A stretch of 50,054 nt of DNA from a virus (lineage: Duplodnaviria > Caudoviricetes), in the IMG/VR virus record IMGVR_UViG_3300020358_000009, positions 1 to 50,054 of that record; one strand, given 5' to 3'. Below, one piece after another: positions 17,225 to 26,792 of this stretch. The notes under the pieces are model-generated. The model had not been told where the DNA came from, did not search any database, and saw only the letters and a list, made by a program, of their open reading frames with translations. A program made the position numbers and the translations under genes. How positions within the stretch are numbered: the first letter of the stretch is position 1; each line of letters starts with the position of its first letter.

Positions 17225-20200
17225 ATGGCTAAAATTCAAAAAAACTTTGTTGCAGGTAGAATGAACAAAAGCATTGATGAACGATTAGTTCCTCAAGGCG
17301 AGTACATAGATGCGTTAAATGTAAGATTAGGTTCTACTGAAGGTACTGAAATTGGTGCTGTAGAAAACTCAAAAGGAAATACTTTATTAGTTGAACTAGA
17401 ATTTCAAAACTCTCCTTTAAGTCTTCAGGCAAGATGTATTGGAGCTTTTGAAGATGGCGCAAATGAAACCATGTATTGGTTTGTACATGATGAAGCAAAT
17501 ACTCAATCATCCACAGGTAAAGTGGACTTAATAGTTTCTTATAATACAAGAACATTTGTTTTGTTTTATCACGTAATATCTACATCCATATTAAACTTTG
17601 ATAAAGAGTATTTAGTAAATGGAGTTAATTTAATAGGAGATTTATTGTTTTTTACAGATAATTTAAACGCTCCTAGAAAAATAAATGTAAATAGAACTTA
17701 TTTACAACCAAATAATATAACAACAATTGATGACATTACAGAACAAGATATAGGTGTAATTTTAGCTCCTCCATTAAATCCTCCTACTTTAGATAGCTAT
17801 CAATTAGGCGGTGGTGAAAACTATATGGAGCAACTTTTTTTAAGTTTTGCTTATAGGTGGCAATATGAAGATGGAGAATATTCAGCTTTATCACCATTTA
17901 GTCAGGTTGCTTTTACTCCAGGGCCTTTTGAGATAAATTTTGATACGTTTGATAATGATGGAATGCTTAATCAGTTTAACACTACTGATGTTACATTTGA
18001 AACAGGCGGCAGAAACGTAAAAGATATAGATGTAATATTTAAGTTTAGCACAAGCCAAACTGTCAATGTTATAGAAAGATTTAATAAGATAAATGAAGGA
18101 TGGCAAGACAATTCTCTTCAAACATTACCATTTACCAATAAAAAAATATTTACAACTTTACCTGAAGCACAGTTGCTTAGGTTGTTTGATAACGTGCCTA
18201 AAAAAGCTCAGGCTCAAACAATTATGGGTAATAGATTAATGTATGGTAATTATATTGATGGATACGATGTAGTTAACTCACAAGGTAAAGAAATATATTT
18301 AGACTACAATTTATCTTTAATCTCACAAGATCTTACTGCGGATGAAATTGATGGAACACTAGAACCTGTTACATATACAATAGAAGGAACTAGTGTTCTT
18401 GTAAATAATGCAAAGACAACGATTGATTTTAGTGGGCTAGATTTAATAGCAGGTTCACAGATAGGTGTTGATTTTACTTATGAAAGTAACACGTTTGGTG
18501 GAGATGCATCTTATGATGATGGAACACAACCTGAAAACTCATACGAAAGAACTTTTCTTTTTAATATACAACAAGATTATTCAAGTGTTTTTGAATTAGC
18601 GACAAGCCCTGAGTTTGTAAATGCAGTTAGTAACTTTGTTGCTATAGCTGATTCAAGCTGTTTTAATGTTTGTCAATCAAACTGTACATCAGGTAGCAGT
18701 CAAACTGACCTTTTTAATTGTGGTATTCTTAGCAAGAATGAATGGGAGTATATTGGATTTGGTATAACAGGAACACCACAAGGTATATTGATTGAAACAT
18801 CACAAGGTAGTAATGAAATTTCTTTTACTTTCCCAGCTTTAAAATTTGAACAATATGACCAAACAGTAACTCCTCCAGCACCATTAGGTATATTTGCTTA
18901 TGAGTATTTGGGGGCAATTGAAGCGACAGGTTTGTATGCTAAAGATAGTTCAAAACAATCTTTACATAGTAATCGAGATTATGAAATAGGTATTGTATAC
19001 ATGGATGAGTATGGAAGAAGCTCTACTGCTTTGGTTGATACTAATAATACAGTTTTTATACCATGTGATAAATCTATAGCAAAAAACAATATAAGAGTTG
19101 AGTTAAATAACTATCCTCCATTTTGGGCTACTAAATATAAATTTGTAATTAAAGAATCAAAAGGTTTATACAGGACTATTTACTCAAACATATTTTTTCA
19201 AGAAGAAGAAACAGGTTTAATATACTTTAAACTTGAAGGAGATAATAGAGATAAAGTAAAAGATAATGATACTTTGTTTGTAAAATCTGACACAAATGGT
19301 GCTGTATTAAATTGTGCATCTACAAAAGTTTTAGGATTTGGTGTAGAAATAGATGATTTTCTTTGCGATAAAAATGCAGATGGAGAATTAATAGAAGGAA
19401 GTCCTGCATGTGGACAATTAGGAGGAACTTATATGCAGTTAAAACCAAATGGGTTTGCAGCAAATTATCCACCTAATGCTTTTATTGATAGAAAAGATGA
19501 CTGTAGAGGGAGTTTTTGTGTTTCACTAGTAAGCACTTCTATTGATAATCCTGATGCTGACCCTGCCGCAACACCACCTCAACTTCCGTTTATACCCTAT
19601 GACGTACCTGCAGGTAGCCTTGTTAGGATTAAGCTAAGAGCGCATAGAAACAGAAGAGGAAGCAAGTGTGGTGGTCGTACATACGATTATGAAAAAAGAT
19701 TTACAGCTTCTCAAGATTATAGTAGTTTATATGCTTGGGCTATAGGAGACAATATAGATTTTACAAACGGTGCAACAACAGGGTCAGATAATACTATTAA
19801 TAGTGTTTCATTTGACGAAGCAATTCAATCATTTCCTTTTCAACCGTTTAATATAGGACTCCCAGGGGGAGCTGGGCAAAACGTTGTGTTTTTTGCAGAA
19901 GACGCAGCTGATGGTAGACAATTCATGTGTTGGAGAAATGGAACTCCTACTTGTTCTTCACCTAACAAAAGAAACTCTTTTGGTAACATTGCAGTTACAA
20001 TAAATAGAGCTACTTCTTTAATGGTATTTGAAACAGAACCTTTAGATGCAAATGATGAATTGTATTTTGAAAATGAGCAAACATTTGATATTGTAAATGG
20101 ATTTCATTTATCAGGTGATGCAGACGATGACCAAGACCAAACATTAACAGACCCTGCTATTGTAGATTTAACCTTTTTTAATTGCTTTACTTTTGGTAAC

Positions 20201-21661
20201 GGTGTTGAAAGTAATACCGTTTTAGATGCATTAATAAAGCCTACCTTAAGTTTAGGAGACAAAGTAACCTCTGTATCTGAAGAGCAATATAAAGAGGCAG
20301 ATAGATTTGGAGATGTAACTTATAGTGGAGTGTTTAATCAAGAAACTAACTTAAATAAATTAAATCAATTTAATTTAGCGTTAGCCAATTTTAAAACACT
20401 TGAAACATCTTATGGGCCTATAAGAAGAATGCACTCAAGACAAACAGATATATTAATCTTACAAGAAGACAAAATATCTTCTTTACTTGTAGGAAAAAAT
20501 TTACTATCTGATGCAGCTGCAGGTGGAGCTATTACTTCAGTCCCTGAAGTTTTAGGAACACAATTAGCTAGAGTAGAAGAATACGGAATAAGTAATAATC
20601 CTGAAAGTTTTTCAGTTTATGGGAAAGACGTTTTTTTTACTGATGCAAAGAGAAGTTCTGTTATTCAATTAAAAGGAGCAGGAACTAGAGGAGATTCAGG
20701 TGGTATGTTAGGTGTTATATCTGAAGTTGGCATGAGGTCATGGTTTAGAGATTTATTTGTTGATGCTTTTCAAACTCAAAAATTAGGTGGGTTTGATCCA
20801 TACATGAATGAGTTTGTTTTAAGCTCTAATACAAGAAAAATACCTCAACCTCCAATTGAAAGAGAATGTGGATATACTTTATTAATGAATGACTCCACAG
20901 AGCCTTATAATTTAAATGTTGATTTAGGAACAGTTATAGGAGATGTTACGTTTGATTATGAAGCAAGTAATCCATTAACTATTTTAGTTGAATTAGATGG
21001 TGTAATTGTAGTTAATCAAACTGTAACAGGTAATGGGTTTGTTACTTTTACTAAGTCATCTAACTTTCCAACAACTGCAAATGTGACATTAACACCAGGA
21101 GTTAACCCTGTTACATATGAAGTAGATTTTAATTGTCCTGAAGGAGAAGATATTACTGTTAAAGAGATTGTTCTTAATTTTGCAGGAGATGCAGACCTTA
21201 CAACTACATGTAGATATCGATGGGCTTTAGGAACTGACGTAAGTCCATACAGTACTAATCAAGTAACTCTTGATGATGATGCAGTTAGTTTATTTAATGA
21301 AACAACAGGAACTTCATCAGTTGGAACATTACCTGCTTTGGGTTCTGTAATTACAATGAAAAACAGACAAAATCCAGGACAGACATTTGAGTTTGTGCCA
21401 GGGCAAGATAAGTTTAAATATTTAGTAACTAACACAAATTATGATGAAGCCGACTTATCAACTTTAATTCCGTTGTTAAATACAGCTAGTCCAACAACAG
21501 GGTCGTTTCCTGAATATCAAGCTAGTTTTACATATAACAGTCAATCAGACTACATTTATTTAGTTTGGGATTTAAGAGAGCCAACACCATTGCAGTTTTG
21601 TTATGATACAGCAAGTCCAAGTGAAGCGTGCTGTGAATGTGCCGAACCACCAACACCTTAA
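17225..21661 (+). CDS. tail stabilization/muzzle protein (N-terminal major part)
   Basis: F..GRMNK..DERLVP.GEY.DALN, LFFTDNLN.PRKIN, YGISNNPESF, FFTDAKR motifs. Confidence 0.8.
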   Translation: MAKIQKNFVAGRMNKSIDERLVPQGEYIDALNVRLGSTEGTEIGAVENSKGNTLLVELEFQNSPLSLQARCIGAFEDGANETMYWFVHDEANTQSSTGKVDLIVSYNTRTFVLFYHVISTSILNFDKEYLVNGVNLIGDLLFFTDNLNAPRKINVNRTYLQPNNITTIDDITEQDIGVILAPPLNPPTLDSYQLGGGENYMEQLFLSFAYRWQYEDGEYSALSPFSQVAFTPGPFEINFDTFDNDGMLNQFNTTDVTFETGGRNVKDIDVIFKFSTSQTVNVIERFNKINEGWQDNSLQTLPFTNKKIFTTLPEAQLLRLFDNVPKKAQAQTIMGNRLMYGNYIDGYDVVNSQGKEIYLDYNLSLISQDLTADEIDGTLEPVTYTIEGTSVLVNNAKTTIDFSGLDLIAGSQIGVDFTYESNTFGGDASYDDGTQPENSYERTFLFNIQQDYSSVFELATSPEFVNAVSNFVAIADSSCFNVCQSNCTSGSSQTDLFNCGILSKNEWEYIGFGITGTPQGILIETSQGSNEISFTFPALKFEQYDQTVTPPAPLGIFAYEYLGAIEATGLYAKDSSKQSLHSNRDYEIGIVYMDEYGRSSTALVDTNNTVFIPCDKSIAKNNIRVELNNYPPFWATKYKFVIKESKGLYRTIYSNIFFQEEETGLIYFKLEGDNRDKVKDNDTLFVKSDTNGAVLNCASTKVLGFGVEIDDFLCDKNADGELIEGSPACGQLGGTYMQLKPNGFAANYPPNAFIDRKDDCRGSFCVSLVSTSIDNPDADPAATPPQLPFIPYDVPAGSLVRIKLRAHRNRRGSKCGGRTYDYEKRFTASQDYSSLYAWAIGDNIDFTNGATTGSDNTINSVSFDEAIQSFPFQPFNIGLPGGAGQNVVFFAEDAADGRQFMCWRNGTPTCSSPNKRNSFGNIAVTINRATSLMVFETEPLDANDELYFENEQTFDIVNGFHLSGDADDDQDQTLTDPAIVDLTFFNCFTFGNGVESNTVLDALIKPTLSLGDKVTSVSEEQYKEADRFGDVTYSGVFNQETNLNKLNQFNLALANFKTLETSYGPIRRMHSRQTDILILQEDKISSLLVGKNLLSDAAAGGAITSVPEVLGTQLARVEEYGISNNPESFSVYGKDVFFTDAKRSSVIQLKGAGTRGDSGGMLGVISEVGMRSWFRDLFVDAFQTQKLGGFDPYMNEFVLSSNTRKIPQPPIERECGYTLLMNDSTEPYNLNVDLGTVIGDVTFDYEASNPLTILVELDGVIVVNQTVTGNGFVTFTKSSNFPTTANVTLTPGVNPVTYEVDFNCPEGEDITVKEIVLNFAGDADLTTTCRYRWALGTDVSPYSTNQVTLDDDAVSLFNETTGTSSVGTLPALGSVITMKNRQNPGQTFEFVPGQDKFKYLVTNTNYDEADLSTLIPLLNTASPTTGSFPEYQASFTYNSQSDYIYLVWDLREPTPLQFCYDTASPSEACCECAEPPTP

Positions 21662-21670
21662 AATTTAATT

Positions 21671-22591
21671 ATGCCAAGTATAGAAAACAAATTTATAGAC
21701 TCATCAAGTTTTGCAACTGCAACTAGAGTATACGATGATATAAACTTAATAACTGTATCACCTGATGGATTTTATCAAAATAATAATGAATATAGAAATC
21801 AGCTAAATGGGCTTTTAGGGCCTCTTACAATATGTGAAGAATGCGGAATACCATGCGGTGGAACTTTAAATCCTCCTGCTGGTCAAACAGGTCTTTATCA
21901 GCTAGATATTTCCGTTGGAAGCACCTCTAATGACACAGGAGCTATTCTTGTTTATTTTAATCCTCAGAGTATTCCTGACGCAATAAGAGTTTTATATGAC
22001 GGAGTCTACTATAATAGGCTTTCATCTCCTACTGATGGGAACAGACAAAGCACAAGTGGGGTTGCAGATGCGTTTACTATATTAGGAAATCCTAATGATG
22101 GATGTGTTCCTACCCTTCCAAACACATCTAATTATAATTTCTTTAATGGTTTTGATAACACAGGCTGGCTAGCTGGTACTCCATCACCTCAGAGTATTAC
22201 TTTAAATACAGGAGATGACATTAGAGGGGGTCAAAGCGAATTTAGCGTTTTGGTTGTTCCTAAGCCAAATGCATTACCAGGAAACGTAACAATACAAGTT
22301 TTAGGGCCATGTGCCGACACAGGTTGGAACATATCAGTAGAATGTCCTTTGGCTTTACCTAGCTTTACGGCTAGCGCCAATGGTTCTTCTTTTAGTTGTG
22401 GAGCTACAACAGAAACTTTTTTCTTTGCACCATTTCGGAACGCAACTAACGTTTATCCTGTAATAAATAATCCTGTGTTTTTAGACCAAGATGGAGCAAA
22501 TAGAGCTTCAGACCAAAACTACTTAATGGATAACAGTCAAGTTATTACAGTAACAAATGGAGTTGTTAGTAATATTCAAAACTGTACTTAA
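21671..22591 (+). CDS. Cys-containing beta-rich virion accessory protein
   Basis: T/N/G-rich ORF with several Cys, located within the tail module. Confidence 0.65.
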   Translation: MPSIENKFIDSSSFATATRVYDDINLITVSPDGFYQNNNEYRNQLNGLLGPLTICEECGIPCGGTLNPPAGQTGLYQLDISVGSTSNDTGAILVYFNPQSIPDAIRVLYDGVYYNRLSSPTDGNRQSTSGVADAFTILGNPNDGCVPTLPNTSNYNFFNGFDNTGWLAGTPSPQSITLNTGDDIRGGQSEFSVLVVPKPNALPGNVTIQVLGPCADTGWNISVECPLALPSFTASANGSSFSCGATTETFFFAPFRNATNVYPVINNPVFLDQDGANRASDQNYLMDNSQVITVTNGVVSNIQNCT

Positions 22592-22601
22592 AATATAAAT
22601 T

Positions 22602-23375
22602 ATGCCAGCAGAAATTAATTATACCTTAACATTTAGTGAATCAGTAAAAGGATGGCCTTCTTTTTATAGTTACATGCCTGATATGATATTAGGAATGAAT
22701 CAATATTTATATACTTTTAAAGGTGGTAGTTTATATCGACATAATACCAATGAGATAAGAAATAGATATTACGGAATAGACTATGATTCTACAATTACAG
22801 GTGTATTTAATCAAGAACCAACAACTGTTAAAGTGTTTAAAACCATTGAGCTTGAAAGCGATGATTCTTGGGATTGTTCAATAACAACAGATTTAGGGAG
22901 TGGTTTTATGGATGAAAACTATTTTGAACAAAAAGAAGGGGCTTGGTTCGCTTTTATTAGAAGAATAGGTGGTAGTCAAGACTTTGCTCAAAGATCAACA
23001 CAGGGGATTGGTGGTTTTGCATCAACAACAGGGGCATCACCAGGTACAATTGAAATAGTATTTAATGTAATAATAAGTAATATTATTAATTACGGAGATA
23101 CTGTTTTTTATAAAGACCTTTTTGGCACAATTAAAAAAATAGGCCCAATAACAGATATATCTTCTGATAGAAAAGAAATTTTAATAGACGCATCAGACCT
23201 TACCCCAATTGGACAAGCTGTACCTGTGGGTTCATATATTTTTACAACTAAAGATAGTGTTGCCGAATCTTATGGAGCAACAGGATATTACATGGAGTTT
23301 AAATTAACAAATAACAGCAAGACGCCTGTTGAACTATTTACAATAGATTCAGATGTCTTTAAAAGTTTTCCTTAG
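22602..23375 (+). CDS. muzzle/stabilization protein C-terminal-like polypeptide
   Basis: TLTFSESVKGWPSFYSY..D...LYTFKGG.LY.HN...KVFKTIELES...KEG.WFAFI...GYYM...ELF motifs. Confidence 0.65.
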   Translation: MPAEINYTLTFSESVKGWPSFYSYMPDMILGMNQYLYTFKGGSLYRHNTNEIRNRYYGIDYDSTITGVFNQEPTTVKVFKTIELESDDSWDCSITTDLGSGFMDENYFEQKEGAWFAFIRRIGGSQDFAQRSTQGIGGFASTTGASPGTIEIVFNVIISNIINYGDTVFYKDLFGTIKKIGPITDISSDRKEILIDASDLTPIGQAVPVGSYIFTTKDSVAESYGATGYYMEFKLTNNSKTPVELFTIDSDVFKSFP

Positions 23376-23381
23376 ATTTTG

Positions 23382-23389
23382 TATCTTTG
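23382..23389 (+). promoter_or_regulatory. -7 box TATCTTTG
   Basis: TAnnTTTG just upstream of ATG 23395. Confidence 0.55.
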
Positions 23390-23394
23390 CATTA

Positions 23395-23805
23395 ATGAAA
23401 TTTAATGTTAGAAAATTAAATCCCCTAGACTACGAGTCTATTTTAATTAAATGGTGGAAAGACTGGAGATGGACACCACCTCCAAAAGATTTTTTACCTG
23501 ACAATGGAGAAGGTGGATTTATTGTGTATGATAATGATATTCCTGTATGTGCAGGATATATTTACATAACTAACTCTAAAGTAGGATGGTGTGATTGGAT
23601 AATATCTAATTTCGACTATAAAGACAAAGTAAAAAGAAAAGAAGCATTAATAGAGCTTGTAAAAATATTAACGCATACTTTAAAACTGTCAGACTGTAAA
23701 TACGCATATGCTTTAATAAAGTCTGATTCTTTGATAGAACATTACAAAATAAATGGATATATTGAAGGAGACAGTTATAATAAAGAAATGATAAAAGGAT
23801 TATAA
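23395..23805 (+). CDS. GNAT-fold-like protein preceding the ejection proteins
   Basis: PVCAGYIY.TNSKVGWCDWIISN; position analogous to T7 gp13. Confidence 0.55.
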   Translation: MKFNVRKLNPLDYESILIKWWKDWRWTPPPKDFLPDNGEGGFIVYDNDIPVCAGYIYITNSKVGWCDWIISNFDYKDKVKRKEALIELVKILTHTLKLSDCKYAYALIKSDSLIEHYKINGYIEGDSYNKEMIKGL

Positions 23806-23806
23806 T

Positions 23807-24808
23807 ATGGCAGCATTTACAACAATAGCAGCGGCAACAGTAGCAATAGGTGGTAGTGCTGCAAAAGGTTTTTTAGCATCAGATGCGTCTTCTGATGCAG
23901 CAAGAGCAGCTGGGAGGTTTAGAGTACAGCAAGAGGAATTAGAAAAAGAATCTGTCGCAAGATTAGAAGCTAATTACTATGATGCTGTTAGAGCTACAAC
24001 TGATGTTTACGACAAACAACTACAATTAGCAAACCAACAAGGTGCTCAAATCTTAGAGGCTGCTCAAGAAGGAGACCAAAGAGGTGTAGGCGCAACTGCA
24101 GGTAAAGTAAAGCAAGTAATGGACGCAACTTCAGGCGCTATTGCTGATAAGTATGCTGATCAAAAAATAGAAATAGACCTGAAGCGTGCCCAGGCTTCTG
24201 AAACAGATGCTGCAGAAATAGCGAAGTTATTTGATGATAGAGCAGCAGCAGCAGGTGTAAAAGCAGATGCCTTAACCCAACAAGCAGACCAATTATCAGG
24301 ACAAGCTACAGGAGCATTTATAGATGCAGGAGTAAGTGCTTTAAGCGCAGGAGTTACTGCGTTTGGAGGGTTAGGTGGTATGAAAAATAAAATGGGTAAA
24401 GCCGCAGATGCATTATCTAAATCAACAGGAATGGACAGGGCAGCAGCTTTAAAACAAATTCAAGGTCTTGGACTAGATAGAAAAGGGTTAAATGGTATAA
24501 TAGATAGTGGAGTATTACCTAGCGTAAGCTCTGTTACTGCTCCTGTAACAAATTCGGTAACAAAACCGATTGTACCTGATGTAACAACCCCTACATCGCC
24601 TGCTGATGTAAAAACAATGTCAATAGGAGGAGCGCAATTTGATATGAATTCTTTTTTAGACAGTCCTGAAGTACAGGCCGCAATTAAAAAAAGAAAGCAG
24701 GAAGAAGAAACTGCTGTTAGTGGTTTATTCAGTGCTATTGATGGAACAGTATTGAGAATTAATGATATTATGGGTAATATATTTAATCCTGAACCAGATT
24801 ACAAATAA
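23807..24808 (+). CDS. internal virion/ejection protein (small, Ala/Gly-rich)
   Basis: Hydrophobic Ala/Gly N-terminus and Gln/Ala coils; position analogous to T7 gp14. Confidence 0.6.
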   Translation: MAAFTTIAAATVAIGGSAAKGFLASDASSDAARAAGRFRVQQEELEKESVARLEANYYDAVRATTDVYDKQLQLANQQGAQILEAAQEGDQRGVGATAGKVKQVMDATSGAIADKYADQKIEIDLKRAQASETDAAEIAKLFDDRAAAAGVKADALTQQADQLSGQATGAFIDAGVSALSAGVTAFGGLGGMKNKMGKAADALSKSTGMDRAAALKQIQGLGLDRKGLNGIIDSGVLPSVSSVTAPVTNSVTKPIVPDVTTPTSPADVKTMSIGGAQFDMNSFLDSPEVQAAIKKRKQEEETAVSGLFSAIDGTVLRINDIMGNIFNPEPDYK

Positions 24809-24815
24809 TTAAGAT

Positions 24816-26783
24816 ATGGGCAACGCATTAGACGCAGCAAAGTTTTCGATACTACAAGGCAATACAGGGGTAGGTACTAAAAAGGAATTACTAGCAGGTA
24901 TTGATAGAGGGATAGAAGGTGTTAAAACTTGGAAAAGTAACATCGACCAACAACGCCTTGACTTAAAGAAAAACACAGCTGAAAAATATAGACAAGCTGA
25001 GTTAAAAACAATGGAAAATCTTCCTAGTGATAAAACTAGTAGAGATTTAGCAATAAAAGCATTAGCAAATTATAAAGACCGATTATATGGAAACATGGGG
25101 TTGGTTCAATCAGGTAACATAAAACCTGAAGATAATTTAATATTTCAAGAAAACGGAAAACAATCTTTTGATATACTTGCTCAGCAAATAAATGGTTACG
25201 CCAAAGAAAAAGAAAACTACATAAAAAGACTTAAGGGATACTACGAATTAAATGAAGATGGAACTAAAAAAACAGGTGCAGATGGTTTACCAATTTATGT
25301 TCCCCCATCTTCAGGTGGTGTAGACCAATCACTTCAAGATTTACATGACAGAATGGGTAACCCTGATTTTACTGATATGACATTTGGAGAAAATGGAATG
25401 GGTAGAATAACTTTTTATCAAACAAAAATTGACGAAACAACTAAGACAAGAGTTTTAGATTTAGATGCTGAGGGAAATCCTCAGCCTTATGATGGCATTA
25501 AGGATATGAGCGTTTTAGCTTTTAATAACAAAAGAAATCAAACTGCAGAAAAGGTAGACTTAGCACAAGAAACTAAAGCAGCTATTGGTAAAGACAGTCC
25601 ATTGGGACAAATTTTTGAGAAAATGGATAATTTTGGTAAAATGCTCGGAGTTGTTACTGATGACATGAGAAATAACCCACAATTAAACAGATTGCTTAAA
25701 GATGCGGTATCTGCGGCTGCTGCAACTACTGACAAACAGGCTAGCATATTAAGTGACAATGGCCCTGAATCAGAAAGGTCAATAACATTAAATGAGTTTG
25801 AATCTCAAGAGTTAGAGAAACAAGGCATAAATTTAGATGAAAAAATAGATTATACGTATATTGATACAGACCCTAAAAGTGAGACCTATGGTGAAGAGTT
25901 AACAGGGCAAAAGAGTAAGTACATAAAAATGGTTATGGCTAAGAATAATCAAATTGTTCCTGTAATAAGTGCTAGTGATAAGTTAGCTGCTGAAAGAATT
26001 GCTGGAAGTAGTTTTTATTCAGGACTAAGAAGAGACATTACAGATGGAGGAACTAAAAAGAGTGAGTTCCAAGCTCGAGCAAAAAGTGCAGCTACAATTA
26101 AAAAAGAGGGAGATGATGAAGATTATCAGTTTACAGTAAAACTTATTGACCAAGCCTCTACAGGTGATGTGGAGAGTTTACAGGCTTTAGTAAATGAAAG
26201 CGATATTGTAGAAAAATACACAATAGATACCATAGATGGTAAACAGGTATTAAACTTTTATACTTTCTCTGGAGACAAGCTTGCCGACATTTTAATTGAT
26301 GGTGAGGGTAAAGCTGTAGGTAAACAAATTGCATCTCAACTTAAAAAACAAGCTGAAAAATATATTAATAAGACAACTCTTAAAAATGAAGAGGCTAAAG
26401 GAACAGATGCTGAATTTAATTCTAGGTCAAGAGAGTATACTAATTTAGATGATGTAGTTTTTGGGGTAAATAATCAAGGAGTAACGACAACAACAAGTGA
26501 TTTATTTGCAGATGCAGGAAAAAGTTCAGGTAAAATTAAAGCTGCTTTTGACAGAACAATAGCTGAAATGGCTAGACTATATGGTTTTCCTGAAGGCTTC
26601 CTAACAGTAGAAATAGATGATACGGATTTCAATGATAGAATGACTATAAGGGATGCTAATGGAAAGGAAATCGATCAATTTGAAGAAGATGCTTCGAATG
26701 GTGCAAACATAAAGAATGCATTAGACAAATACATGAAAACAGTTAAGTCAGGCGAGGTAAAATTAAATAAAGATTTCGGTTAA
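24816..26783 (+). CDS. internal virion/ejection protein (medium)
   Basis: Position and size; no catalytic motif recognised. Confidence 0.55.
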   Translation: MGNALDAAKFSILQGNTGVGTKKELLAGIDRGIEGVKTWKSNIDQQRLDLKKNTAEKYRQAELKTMENLPSDKTSRDLAIKALANYKDRLYGNMGLVQSGNIKPEDNLIFQENGKQSFDILAQQINGYAKEKENYIKRLKGYYELNEDGTKKTGADGLPIYVPPSSGGVDQSLQDLHDRMGNPDFTDMTFGENGMGRITFYQTKIDETTKTRVLDLDAEGNPQPYDGIKDMSVLAFNNKRNQTAEKVDLAQETKAAIGKDSPLGQIFEKMDNFGKMLGVVTDDMRNNPQLNRLLKDAVSAAAATTDKQASILSDNGPESERSITLNEFESQELEKQGINLDEKIDYTYIDTDPKSETYGEELTGQKSKYIKMVMAKNNQIVPVISASDKLAAERIAGSSFYSGLRRDITDGGTKKSEFQARAKSAATIKKEGDDEDYQFTVKLIDQASTGDVESLQALVNESDIVEKYTIDTIDGKQVLNFYTFSGDKLADILIDGEGKAVGKQIASQLKKQAEKYINKTTLKNEEAKGTDAEFNSRSREYTNLDDVVFGVNNQGVTTTTSDLFADAGKSSGKIKAAFDRTIAEMARLYGFPEGFLTVEIDDTDFNDRMTIRDANGKEIDQFEEDASNGANIKNALDKYMKTVKSGEVKLNKDFG

Positions 26784-26792
26784 AAAAAAAAG

